Shown here one piece after another: positions 1-9,379 of a stretch of DNA of 64,000 nt. Numbering within the stretch: the first letter of the stretch is position 1; every line of letters starts with the position of its first letter. The notes beneath the pieces were generated by a model. That model saw only the letters and a program-made list of their open reading frames with translations. It was not told where the DNA came from and searched no databases. The stretch is taken from positions 928,001 to 992,000 of the forward strand of contig CBDFLJ010000002.1 of the NCBI GenBank assembly GCA_965248835.1. Reading direction: 5' to 3'. A program made the translations under genes and the position numbers. The stretch is from Alphaproteobacteria bacterium. GTDB lineage: Bacteria > Pseudomonadota > Alphaproteobacteria > MPNO01.

Positions 1-889
1 CGCGCAACGGGCCGTACGCCTTCTGAAGCTTCGCCCAGCTCTGGTGCACGACCCGGTAGGCGAGTTCGACTTGACGACCCGGTAGGTCGAGTTCGTTGGA
101 GACCGTCGGGCCGGCGGTGAAATAGGTGTCGATCGACAGCATGGCGAGCGGCTCGGTGACATAGGGGTAGCGCTTGGCGGGCTTGGCCTGGTGCGGCGCC
201 ATGCCCGGCTTGCCGAGGATGTATTCGTCGGTCCCGCGCGGGCCGAGCGGCAGGAAGCGGATCCCGCCGGGTATTGTCGCGTGCGCCTTCCGGACCTGTG
301 GCATGCCCATGCCGACGACCGCGGCATCGGCCCGGCCCTCGACGACCATGTTCACGCTGCTGACGATGCCGCCGGACTTCAAGGCGATCACGTCCCCGAC
401 CGAGATCGAACCCGACCCGAGAAAGTGCCGGGTGATGATCCCCATCGAGACGATGGTCTTGATGTCGGTGATCACGCGCTTGCCGCGCAGATCGGCGAGA
501 GACTTGATACCCGAGTCGCCGCGCACCAGCGCGCCTTCAGGGATGATCCACACCCGCGCGAGCACCCGGACATTGTCGAGCTTCTTCCTGAACGGCGCTT
601 GGCCGCGCACCGCCGCGGCGGTATCCATCGAGTTGTTGAGCCCCATGGTGATCTCGCCGTTATCGATCAGCGGCAGATAGACCGAGGAGCCGGCATGGGG
701 CTGCGCGGTCGATCGGATCTTGAGGTTCTGCTGAATGTGTTTGGCAAAGCCGCTGGCCAGCAGGAAGAACACCGAGCCCTGCCGGTTGGAGCCGATGGTG
801 ATCCGCTTGATGTCGGCTTGCGCAGCGCCGGCGCACATCAAAGCCAGCCCGGCCGCGGCCAGGGGCACCATTCCGATGCGTTTGATCAT
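1..889 (-). CDS. TAXI-family TRAP transporter solute-binding protein (3' end runs off the window)
   Basis: Not in the ORF track; translated manually from ATG 889: MIKRIGMVPLAAAGLALMCAGAAQA (signal peptide), then ITIGSNRQGSVFFLLASGFA, AQPHAGSSVYLPLIDNGEITMG and DSGIKSLADLRGKRV, typical of TAXI receptors. Confidence 0.8.
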   Translation of the reverse strand, partial: MIKRIGMVPLAAAGLALMCAGAAQADIKRITIGSNRQGSVFFLLASGFAKHIQQNLKIRSTAQPHAGSSVYLPLIDNGEITMGLNNSMDTAAAVRGQAPFRKKLDNVRVLARVWIIPEGALVRGDSGIKSLADLRGKRVITDIKTIVSMGIITRHFLGSGSISVGDVIALKSGGIVSSVNMVVEGRADAAVVGMGMPQVRKAHATIPGGIRFLPLGPRGTDEYILGKPGMAPHQAKPAKRYPYVTEPLAMLSIDTYFTAGPTVSNELDLPGRQVELAYRVVHQSWAKLQKAYGPLR

Positions 890-988
890 GCTTCGAGCCT
901 CCCTTCTTCCGTGCGCCATTTCTGGCTAGCCTTGGCCCGCGTTTGGACGTGCTGAGTCACGTGAAGTCAACGAGGGATGGGCGGTACC

Positions 989-1750
989 ATGACGGGACGA
1001 CTGGACGGGAAGGCGGCCTTGGTGACGGGCGGCGCCGGGGGTATCGGATCGGCGACGGCGCGCCTGTTTCAGGCTGAGGGCGCACGGGTCGCGATCCTCG
1101 ATCGCGATCCGGACAGGCTGGCTCAGGCGCGGGACGACATCGGCGGCGAAGTGCTGGCGATCGTCGCCGACATCGCCAAAGAGGCCGAAGCCGAGCGCGC
1201 GATTGCCGAAGCGCTGTCCCGCCTGGGCGGGCTGTCGGTCCTGGTCAACAACGCCGGGGTGCGCGAATACGGACCGCTGGCCGAGGCCGACGCCGAGTCC
1301 TGGCGGCGTATCATCGCCGTCAACCTGATGGGCACGGCCTATTGCACCAAGGCTGCATTGCCGGCGCTGCGGGCGGCCGAGGGCGCGGCCATCGTCAACG
1401 TCTCCTCGGCGCACGCGATCGTGCCGCGCCGCGGCATGGGCCAGTACGATGCGACCAAGGCCGCGATCGTCTCGATGACCCAAACGCTCGCCTGGGAGGA
1501 GGCCGCATCCGGCATCCGGGTGAACGCGGTCTGCCCCGGCGGGGTGCTGACGTCCTATCACATCGGGCGCTACGCGGCGCAGGGCGTAGAAGGCCAGGCG
1601 CTCAGGGACCTGCAAAAGGATGCGAGCCTGATGGGCCGCTGGGCCGAGCTGGAGGAGATCGCCTATCCGATCCTCTGGCTCGCCTCCGAGGAGGCCTCGT
1701 TCATCACCGGCACCGCGATCATGGTCGACGGCGGCAAGCTGGTGAATTGA
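989..1750 (+). CDS. Short-chain dehydrogenase/reductase (SDR)
   Basis: TGGAGGIG, NNAG, YDATK (YxxxK) and IRVNAVCPG motifs. Start could be 977 or 989. Confidence 0.92.
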   Translation: MTGRLDGKAALVTGGAGGIGSATARLFQAEGARVAILDRDPDRLAQARDDIGGEVLAIVADIAKEAEAERAIAEALSRLGGLSVLVNNAGVREYGPLAEADAESWRRIIAVNLMGTAYCTKAALPALRAAEGAAIVNVSSAHAIVPRRGMGQYDATKAAIVSMTQTLAWEEAASGIRVNAVCPGGVLTSYHIGRYAAQGVEGQALRDLQKDASLMGRWAELEEIAYPILWLASEEASFITGTAIMVDGGKLVN

Positions 1751-1754
1751 GCCT

Positions 1755-2870
1755 TCACACCGGGAAGGCGAGCGCGTCCTTCGGGATGGCGGTCCGCTTG
1801 CCCCCGCGCTGGGCTAGGAAGGCAGCCTTGATCTGGCGGCGGAGCTTGACCGTCTCCTGATCGACGTTGAACAGGAACTCGTTCTTGCGCGCGTCGACCA
1901 GGCTGCCCTGGGCGGCGGCGATGACCGCGTCCTCGGCGGAGACCTGGCGGGCGCGAGGCTGGGCGACCTCGTGGAAGAACCTTGTCAACCGCTCTCGCTC
2001 GGCCGGGTCTTTCGCCCGGAAGCTCGCGAAGCGGGTCACCAGCGTGCGCTCGGCGTCGATCGGTATCTGCCAGACCCGGACGATATAGGGATCGAGCTCC
2101 GATCTGGGCTGGATCGGGTTGGTCGAAAGACACGGCAGCACGAACCGGTCGCCCTTGACGTCGGCGAAATGTCCCTGACCGATCGGATTGCCCGCTGCAT
2201 CGGTCGCCACCGCGCGGATACCGTAAGAGGTGTCGAGGATCTTGACCCGCCGCTCGGCCAGCGGGGCGACGGCCTCGCCGTCCGCGGCGGCGACCGACTG
2301 CGATCCGGCATGAAGGGTGACCGAGTGATAGGCATCCTGGCCGTCGAGCGTCAGCAGCCAGTTCGCCTGCCAGATCTCGGTCGGGAAGCGGAACCAGATG
2401 AAGTTCCGCTCATCCAGCAACTCTTCGGGGACCTCGTCTTCCAGCGGCGGCGGCGGAAATTTCTCGGCGTCGCCGATATAGACCCAGATGTAGCCGCCGA
2501 GCTCCTCGGCCCGGAAGGCGCGGACCGCGATCTCCTCGCGCAGCCGGCTGTCCTCGGGCTCCCACGGGATCAGCGCGCAACGCCCGTCGCCGTCGAACCG
2601 GATGCCGTGGAACAGGCACTGCAGCCTGCCGTCAAGCACCCGGCCGATGGCAAGCTCGGCGTTGCGGTGCGGGCAACGGCCATGGACCGCGCAGACCTTC
2701 CCGGCCGCGTCGCGCCACAGCGCCAGCTCCTCGCCCAGCAAAGCAACGCCGATCGGCTCATCGCGCCCCAGCGCGTCCGAATGGGCGATCGGATACCAGT
2801 AGTTGCGCAGCCCGACCTCCAGCCCCTCCGGCACATCCGGGACGATCTCCTTGATCTCGGCTTTGCTCAC
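1755..2870 (-). CDS. Rieske non-heme iron oxygenase, alpha subunit (VanA/phthalate-type group)
   Basis: GLRNYWYP; Rieske ligands CPH...CLFHG; mononuclear Fe motif DAYHSVTLH; C-terminal AEDAVI. GTG start at 2870 with GGAG upstream. Confidence 0.9.
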   Translation of the reverse strand: MSKAEIKEIVPDVPEGLEVGLRNYWYPIAHSDALGRDEPIGVALLGEELALWRDAAGKVCAVHGRCPHRNAELAIGRVLDGRLQCLFHGIRFDGDGRCALIPWEPEDSRLREEIAVRAFRAEELGGYIWVYIGDAEKFPPPPLEDEVPEELLDERNFIWFRFPTEIWQANWLLTLDGQDAYHSVTLHAGSQSVAAADGEAVAPLAERRVKILDTSYGIRAVATDAAGNPIGQGHFADVKGDRFVLPCLSTNPIQPRSELDPYIVRVWQIPIDAERTLVTRFASFRAKDPAERERLTRFFHEVAQPRARQVSAEDAVIAAAQGSLVDARKNEFLFNVDQETVKLRRQIKAAFLAQRGGKRTAIPKDALAFPV

Positions 2871-2956
2871 TTGCCAGGCCCTCCAGCCGGGTCGCAACGC
2901 GGCACCTGAAGCGCTATCGTCGTCCAAACGCCCTGCATCGGCAAGCGGACGGGGAC

Positions 2957-3877
2957 TTGGGCACGAACCTCGATATCATCATCGTCGGCGGCGGCATCGC
3001 CGGGCTGACGGCGGGGCTGCAGTCGGCGCGGCTCGGGCTGTCCTGTCTGGTGCTTACCGGCGAGATGCCCGGCGGCCATCTGCTGAGCATCGGCCGGATC
3101 GATGGCTATCCGGGATTTTCCGACGGCGTTGCGGGCTACGATTTGTGCCCGGGGATCCAACTCGAGGCCGCGGACTGCGGCGCGGCCTTCGCCGCGGCCT
3201 CGCTCGAGACCTTGGAGGTCGGCGCGAACGGGGTCGTCGTCTCCACCGGACGGGACAGCTATGCCGCCCAGGCTGTGATTCTCGCCACCGGGACGCGATT
3301 CAGGACGCTCGGCGTCCCGGGCGAGGACCGGCTGCGCGGCAAGGGTGTCAGCCAGTGCGCAAGCTGTGATGCGCCGTTGCTGCGCGACCGTGTGGTCGCG
3401 GTCGTCGGCGGCGGCGACTCGGCCCTGCAGGAGGCGCTGACGCTCGCCGAGTTTGCCGAGCGCGTGGTGATCGTTCATCGCGGCGCTGCCCTCGGCGGGC
3501 AGCAGGCCTACCGCGCGCGCATCGCGGCTCACCCGAAGATCGAGGTGCGGCTCGGCACCGCCGTGGAGGAGATTCGCGGCGAGGAGGCGGTCGGCGCCAT
3601 CACACTCACCGATGGCGATCTGGAGGTCGCCGGGGTGTTCATATACATTGGCCTTGAGCCGAATACCGGCCCTCTGCGCGGCCTCGTCGGGCTCGACGAG
3701 GCGGGGCACATCCCGACCGGCGTCTCGATGGCCACCGGTCTCAAGGGGGTTTTCGCGGCCGGGACGGTGCGGGCCGGGGCGGCCGGACGGGCGGCGGCCG
3801 CGGCAGGCGATGGCGCGGCCGCTGCGATTGCTGCCGCGCGGTATCTGAAGAGCGGCGTTTGGGAGGATCTCGAATGA
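2957..3877 (+). CDS. Thioredoxin-reductase-like FAD/NAD(P)H disulfide oxidoreductase
   Basis: GGGIAG, VILATG, GVSQCASCD (CxxC), VVGGGDSALQEA and GVFAAG motifs. Its stop overlaps the next ATG (ATGA). Confidence 0.88.
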   Translation: MGTNLDIIIVGGGIAGLTAGLQSARLGLSCLVLTGEMPGGHLLSIGRIDGYPGFSDGVAGYDLCPGIQLEAADCGAAFAAASLETLEVGANGVVVSTGRDSYAAQAVILATGTRFRTLGVPGEDRLRGKGVSQCASCDAPLLRDRVVAVVGGGDSALQEALTLAEFAERVVIVHRGAALGGQQAYRARIAAHPKIEVRLGTAVEEIRGEEAVGAITLTDGDLEVAGVFIYIGLEPNTGPLRGLVGLDEAGHIPTGVSMATGLKGVFAAGTVRAGAAGRAAAAAGDGAAAAIAAARYLKSGVWEDLE

Positions 3878-5508
3878 GCGAACGGCTTGCGGTTCACGAC
3901 CCGCGCGGCAACCCGCCGAGCGTCACCGGCACCCGGCTCGCCCCCAGGCTGGAGAGCCTCGACGGCAAGGTGATCTACCTGGTCGACTGCCTGTTCGACA
4001 ATTCGGACACCTTCATGCGCGAGCTCAAGGACTGGTTCGGCGGCCACCTGCCGGCTGTCGAGACCCGGATCATCAAGCCGCGCGAGAGCTGGGTCGACGA
4101 TCCCGACATGCGCAATCGGATCGAGAACGACGGCGATGGGGCGATCCTCGGGGTCGGGTTGTGAAGCACCTGTAGCCCGACGGTCGTCGGGCTGGCATTG
4201 GATCTGGAGCGGGCCGGCGTCCCGACGGTTCCGGTCCACACACATGTTTTCGACCGGCTGGCGAAGTCGGTCGCGCTGGCCAACGGCATGCCGACCGCGC
4301 GCCAGGCGTTCGTGCCCCAGCCCGTGGTCGACCGAACGTCGGCCCAGCTCCGGGCCTATATCGAAGGGGCCGATCCGGTTTCCGGGCGCCCGTTCGTGCG
4401 CGAGGTGATCGAGGGGCTGACCCGCCCGCTCGACACGGCCGACCTCAAGGGCGTGTCGTTCGAGCGCAGCACGCCACGGTTGATCGAGCCCGACACCGAG
4501 GACAAGCTGCAGTCCTTGTTCGTCCAGGACCATTGGACGGACAATCTGCCGATCGTCCTGCCGACCGAGGCGCGGGTGGCCGCGATGCTCGAAGGGACCA
4601 GCCATGCCGCCGATGAGGTCGTCGGCACGCTGCGGCCGACCGCCTATCGCGAGGCCTGGGAGTTCACCGTCGAGAAGGCCGCGGTCAACGCGGTCATGGC
4701 CGGTGCCAGGCCGGAATACCTGCCGGTCATCCTGGCGCTGCTCGCCAGCGGCCAGACGGCGCGGTCCTCCAGCACCAACTCGTTCGCGGTCATTTCGGTG
4801 GTCAACGGCCCGATCCGTGCCGCGCTCGGCATGAACGACGGGATCGGCGCGATGGGCCCCTACAACCATGCCAACGCGACCATCGGGCGGGCCTACAATC
4901 TGGCTTCGATCAACCTCCAGGGCGGCTCGGTGCCGGGCGACACCTACATGGGCTCGCTCGGCAACTGGTACAATTATTCCGCCACCTTCGCCGAGGCCGA
5001 GGAACGCAGCCCGTGGGCGCCGTTCCACGTCCAGCAGGGGTTCGCGCCCGGCGACAGCACCGCCAGCGTCTTCTTCGGCGGCTGGTACACCCATGCCGGC
5101 TACGGCCCGCGCGAGACGTGGCAGGAAAATTTCAGACGCTCGCTGGCCGGCTGCGAGCACCATTTCCCGCCGCTGTTCGTCATCGATCCGATCTGCGCGC
5201 GCGGGCTGGTCGATCTCGGTTTCGACACCAAGGAGAAGCTGATCGACTGGCTGTCCGACAACGCCCGGCTGCCGGCCCGCGAGTATTGGGACAACCAGTG
5301 GGTCCAGACACTGGTCCACCCGCTGGCGGTCGCGGGCATCGAGCCTTTCGCAGGCAGGCTCGCCGCGGCTCCGGACGAGGCGATCCGGATTTTCGAGCCG
5401 TCCGACATCCATGTCGTCGTCGCCGGCGGCGAGACCCAGGGCGCCTGGAAAATGATCGCCGGGCGCTACGGCCCCAACGCGACGGTGTCGGTCGACGCCT
5501 GGCGCTGA
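3874..5508 (+). CDS. Probable selenoprotein, UGSC-like family (Sec at codon 97, UxxC motif), about 544 aa
   Basis: ORFs 3859..4164 and 4198..5508 are in the same frame, separated only by TGA 4162-4164. Read-through gives GAILGVGL-U-STCSPTVVGLALDLERAGVPTV. A SECIS-like hairpin follows. Confidence 0.85.
4171..4197 (+). promoter_or_regulatory. Putative bacterial SECIS element
   Basis: Perfect 8-bp stem AGCCCGAC/GTCGGGCT (4174-4181/4186-4193) with apical loop GGTC beginning 18 nt after the TGA; extendable by TGT/GGCA with a bulge. Confidence 0.8.
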
Positions 5509-5554
5509 GCCGCGCACAGATTCGGGCGCGATGGCCATGGCCGTCGCGCGGCGG

Positions 5555-6631
5555 TCATTGCGCGGCTTCGTCCTCGTGCGCGGCCAGGGCGGCGACTTGA
5601 GCTTCGGCCTTATCGGCCATCAGCTTGCGCACGCGGGTCAGCCCGACATCGTGGTCGTAGAGGTGTTCGCGGGAATCGGCGTCCGGATCGATGGATTCCG
5701 CGACCAGCCGGTCCTGCTCCAGCACGTCCCAGTGCCGCGCTTCCAGCCGGTTCCTGTAAAGAAAGCGCCAGACGTCGCGCTGCCAGCCCGAAACCTTTCG
5801 GTGGCGCCAGAAGAAGCAGGCCGAACTTCCCTCGTCGATCGGGGTGATGTGGAAGACGATGCCGAAATTACCGCCCGGCCCGCCGGTGTCGGGGTAAGGG
5901 ATCTCCAGGCAGACGGCCTGGAAGTCGCGGTCGTACCACTCCGACCAGTCGAAGTTGAGGTCGCGCTGGCCCTTCTTCTCGAAGACGAAGCCGGTCGCGG
6001 TCTTGCGCATGCGGAAGGAAGCCTGATCCGCACCTTCGGCCATGGAATGGGAGACCCGGTGCAGGAATGCGCCGTGCATCGGGTCCATGTTGTTGTCGAT
6101 GATGTAGCGGTAGGGGCAGCGCCATTCGGCGTAGCACAGGAAGACGCCATATTCCTCGCTGCTCAGCCTCTCGGGCGGGGTGAACGGCGCGGGGTTCGCA
6201 TGGAGCGCATCGCCGTACCAGGCGAAGATCGCCCCGCGGTGCTCGATCGCCGGGTAGGTGCGGACGGCGCGGCAGCCGATCAGATCGGAGCCGGGCTGGC
6301 CGGGCAGCGCGGCCACAATGCCGTCGCCGGTGATCTCCGCGCCGTGATAGAGGCAGGTCAGCCGGTCGCCGTCATGGCGGGCGATCGACAGCGGCGCGCC
6401 GCGGTGGGGACAGCGGTCGTCCTGAAGATGGACCGCGCCCGCGTCGTCGCGCCACAGCACCAGCTTGCGGTCCCAGCGCCGCAGCGCGACCGGCCGTGCG
6501 CCCACCCGAGCCGAAGGGCAGATGCCGTACCAGCGGTTCCGGAGCCCGGTCGCCAGCAGCGTCCTCGCGTCCTCGCTCGCCCGGTGAAGCGGGTTAGCCG
6601 TCGCCGCCGCCCAGCCGGCGCATCTCCGCAC
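5555..6631 (-). CDS. Rieske non-heme iron oxygenase, alpha subunit
   Basis: GLRNRWYG; CPHRG...CLYHG; NNMDPMHGAFLH; VLEQDR. Start uncertain: in-frame GTG at 6631 with GAGG upstream, or ACG at 6601. The longer 7165 ORF overlaps the upstream gene. Confidence 0.88.
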   Translation of the reverse strand: MRRCAGWAAATANPLHRASEDARTLLATGLRNRWYGICPSARVGARPVALRRWDRKLVLWRDDAGAVHLQDDRCPHRGAPLSIARHDGDRLTCLYHGAEITGDGIVAALPGQPGSDLIGCRAVRTYPAIEHRGAIFAWYGDALHANPAPFTPPERLSSEEYGVFLCYAEWRCPYRYIIDNNMDPMHGAFLHRVSHSMAEGADQASFRMRKTATGFVFEKKGQRDLNFDWSEWYDRDFQAVCLEIPYPDTGGPGGNFGIVFHITPIDEGSSACFFWRHRKVSGWQRDVWRFLYRNRLEARHWDVLEQDRLVAESIDPDADSREHLYDHDVGLTRVRKLMADKAEAQVAALAAHEDEAAQ

Positions 6632-7214
6632 CGAAGCTCGCCTCGGTCCACGGCTTGCCGTCCGGCGCCGCGATGCCGAGCGCGTTGAGCCCGGCGGCGA
6701 TTTCCGCCAGATCCTGGACGCCGCGCCGGAACAGCTCCTCCAGCGCATCGCCCAGCCGGTTCTCGGCCTCGTCCGGCTCTCCGGCACCGGATTGCCGGGG
6801 CTCCAGGGAGAGCCCGTTGTGGGGCAGGCGCGGGTGATCGCCGCCGCCGGCTCGGCTGTTGACCGGCCCGTCGGGGTCGGCCCAGGCCGTGCCGCGGGCC
6901 TTCGCTTCGCGGGCCAGGCGTTCGCGCACGCCGATGAAATCGTAGCTCGGATAGGTCTCGGTGCGGAAAACGCCCCAGGCCGATCGCTCCAGCTCGACGT
7001 TGACCGCCTGCAGCCTGGAGGGCGGCAGGCGTAGGGTGAGGATCTGGCCGACTCCCATGACCACGTTCCACGACACGATCTCGACGCCTTCGGGCGGGAA
7101 GCGCCCCCACCAGTCGCGCTCGTCGAGCTTGGCCTGAAACTCCTCCAGGCGCTGCGACTGGTCATGGCGCAGGAAGACGGTGAGCAGGATCTCCTCGCCC
7201 TTGATATCGTCCAT
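6594..7214 (-). CDS. Two-domain hypothetical protein: N-terminal alpha/beta domain plus C-terminal recombinase-like HTH domain seen next to Rieske oxygenases
   Basis: N-part LLTVFLRHDQS...FPPEGVEIVSW; C-part ENRLGDALEELF..G..DL...AAGLNA.G...PDG.PWT..SF.AEM.RLG. Overlaps the Rieske gene start. Confidence 0.65.
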   Translation of the reverse strand: MDDIKGEEILLTVFLRHDQSQRLEEFQAKLDERDWWGRFPPEGVEIVSWNVVMGVGQILTLRLPPSRLQAVNVELERSAWGVFRTETYPSYDFIGVRERLAREAKARGTAWADPDGPVNSRAGGGDHPRLPHNGLSLEPRQSGAGEPDEAENRLGDALEELFRRGVQDLAEIAAGLNALGIAAPDGKPWTEASFGAEMRRLGGGDG

Positions 7215-7412
7215 CAACGGTCTCCCGATTTCTCGTGCGCCAGCTTCGCACAGTCCGGCGTCTCGAGCAGCGGCCTCGTGTCCAGGCGTCGGCGCACGCC
7301 GCAGAACCGCCGGACCCGGCCATCCTCTTTCATACAGCGGTGAAGTACGCGAAGCGGTCCGGTTTCGCCGTCAAGACCGGCGGCCGGCGCTGTCCACCGA
7401 CCGGGCGGCGGT

Positions 7413-7442
7413 TTGACAAGCCCACCGCAGGGCTTGCATGCT
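7413..7442 (+). promoter_or_regulatory. Candidate sigma70 promoter with a palindromic operator in the spacer
   Basis: TTGACA (7413-7418), 18-nt spacer, CATGCT. Inverted repeat CAAGCCC-n6-GGGCTTG at 7417-7436. Lies 30 nt upstream of the ABC operon start. Confidence 0.45.
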
Positions 7443-7471
7443 CGCTTTCCAATAAAGCAAGGGAGAGGACG

Positions 7472-8551
7472 ATGAGGTTCAGCGGACGACGAGCGCCGGC
7501 TCTTCTGGGCGCCGCGCTGGCGGCGGCGATTGCGGTTCCGGCCGCGGCCGAGACCGTCAAGGTCGGGATGCCGATACCGGTCACGCTCACCGATCTCGGC
7601 TATTACGCGTTCGGCGAGGAACTCGGGTTTTTCAAAGAAGGCGATATCGATCTCAGGATCATCGTCTTCAAGGGCTCGGGCAAGATGGTGCCGCAGGTCG
7701 CGACCAAGAAGCTCGACATCGGCTGGGCTCTGCCCGGTGCGCTGTTCAAGACTTACCAGCCGGGGCGCACCCGGCTGCCGGTGGTCTATTTCTACAACAT
7801 CATGCCGACCTGGACGCTGCAGCTCTCGGTGCTGGCGTCTTCGAACATCAAGACGGTCGCCGACCTCAAGGGCAGGAAAATCGGCATCGGCGCGCTGACA
7901 TGGGGCACGATTCCGATGCTGAAGGCGCGGCTCAAGGACGCCGGGCTCACGGTGGGCGAGAATGTCGAGCTCGCCGCGGTCGGCATCCTGGGCTCCGGGT
8001 TCCTCGCGCTCAAGCGCGGCCGGATCGATGCGCTCGACTACAACAACACCTGGCAGGACCTGCTGGAGCTGTCGGGCACCAAGATCCGGCGCCTGCCGAT
8101 CAAGGAGAAGTTCCATAACCTGTTCACCAACGGGTTCATGGCCCACCGCGAGACGCTGGCTCCCAAGCGCGACATGCTGGTGCGGTTTGCCCGCGGTATG
8201 GCCAAATCCTCGATCGCTTGCCAGGAGAACCCGGCCGCCTGCGTGAAGGCATTCTGGCGCAAGCACCCGAACATGAAGCCCAAGGGCGATGAGGCCAAGA
8301 CGCTGCCGGCCTCGGTCAAGATGGTCAACAACCGGCTGGCGCTGATGAACGTCGGGCCCAAGGACATGGTCGGCAAGATGGGCCACTGGCCGCGCAAGTC
8401 GTTCGAGCACTACGTCAACGCGTATTATGAGAGCGGCTGGATAACGACCCGCGATATCGAGATCGACAAGATGTACACCAACGAGATGATCGCCGACATC
8501 AACGGCTTCGACGAGGGCGACGTCAGGGCGAAGGCGCGCGCGGCGAACTGA
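7472..8551 (+). CDS. ABC transporter substrate-binding protein (NMT1/THI5/SsuA/TauA-like)
   Basis: GGGAGAGG RBS, signal peptide ending AAA-ET, ELGFFKEGDID and IKTVADLKGRKIG motifs. Confidence 0.88.
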   Translation: MRFSGRRAPALLGAALAAAIAVPAAAETVKVGMPIPVTLTDLGYYAFGEELGFFKEGDIDLRIIVFKGSGKMVPQVATKKLDIGWALPGALFKTYQPGRTRLPVVYFYNIMPTWTLQLSVLASSNIKTVADLKGRKIGIGALTWGTIPMLKARLKDAGLTVGENVELAAVGILGSGFLALKRGRIDALDYNNTWQDLLELSGTKIRRLPIKEKFHNLFTNGFMAHRETLAPKRDMLVRFARGMAKSSIACQENPAACVKAFWRKHPNMKPKGDEAKTLPASVKMVNNRLALMNVGPKDMVGKMGHWPRKSFEHYVNAYYESGWITTRDIEIDKMYTNEMIADINGFDEGDVRAKARAAN

Positions 8552-9361
8552 ATGGCAGCGACCGGAACCGGAGTGGCCGCCGCCGCGTCGACCGCGGAGT
8601 CCGCTCCGGTCCTGGCTGCCGAGGGCCTGTCGCTGGTCTATCAGACCCGCCGCGGAACGATCACCGCGCTTGAGGCGCTCGACTTGGCGATCGGCCGGGG
8701 CGAGTTCTTTTCTTTGATCGGGCCGTCGGGTTGCGGCAAATCGAGCCTCCTCAAGGTCGCCGCCGGACTGCTGCCCCAGACCACCGGCACGATCACGCTC
8801 GACGGCATCGCGGTGACCGGGCCGCGGCGCGAGGTGGGCGTGGTCTTCCAGCGCCCGACGCTGCTGCCCTGGAAGACGGTCACCCAAAATGTGCTGCTGC
8901 CGGCCGAGACGCTGCAGCTCGACATGGCTGGCGCCAAGAGCCGTGCGGACGAGCTGCTCAGGCTGGTCGGTCTCGGGGAGTTCGCCGACAACTATCCGAA
9001 CGAGCTTTCCGGCGGTATGCAGCAGCGCGTCGGCATCGCCCGGGCGCTGATCCACGACCCGGCGGTGCTGCTGATGGACGAGCCGTTCGCCGCCCTCGAC
9101 GCCCTGACCCGCGAGCACATGATGATGGAGCTCCAGGACATCTGGCTGTCGACCGGCAAGTCGGTCCTGTTCATCACCCACTCGATCCCCGAGGCGGTGT
9201 TCCTGTCCGACCGGGTCGCGGTGATGTCGCAGCGCCCCGGCCGGATCATCCGCGAGCACGTCGTCGAGATAGCGCGCGCGCGCGATCTGGCGACGATGGT
9301 CGATCCGCAATTCAACCAGACCTGCAACGAGCTTCGCGCCGAGCTCACGGTCGATCTGTAG
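8552..9361 (+). CDS. ABC transporter ATP-binding protein (nitrate/sulfonate type)
   Basis: Walker A GPSGCGKS, signature LSGGMQQR, Walker B LLMDEPF, H-loop FITH. Confidence 0.95.
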   Translation: MAATGTGVAAAASTAESAPVLAAEGLSLVYQTRRGTITALEALDLAIGRGEFFSLIGPSGCGKSSLLKVAAGLLPQTTGTITLDGIAVTGPRREVGVVFQRPTLLPWKTVTQNVLLPAETLQLDMAGAKSRADELLRLVGLGEFADNYPNELSGGMQQRVGIARALIHDPAVLLMDEPFAALDALTREHMMMELQDIWLSTGKSVLFITHSIPEAVFLSDRVAVMSQRPGRIIREHVVEIARARDLATMVDPQFNQTCNELRAELTVDL

Positions 9362-9379
9362 CACGTTCGGGAGGCTGGC

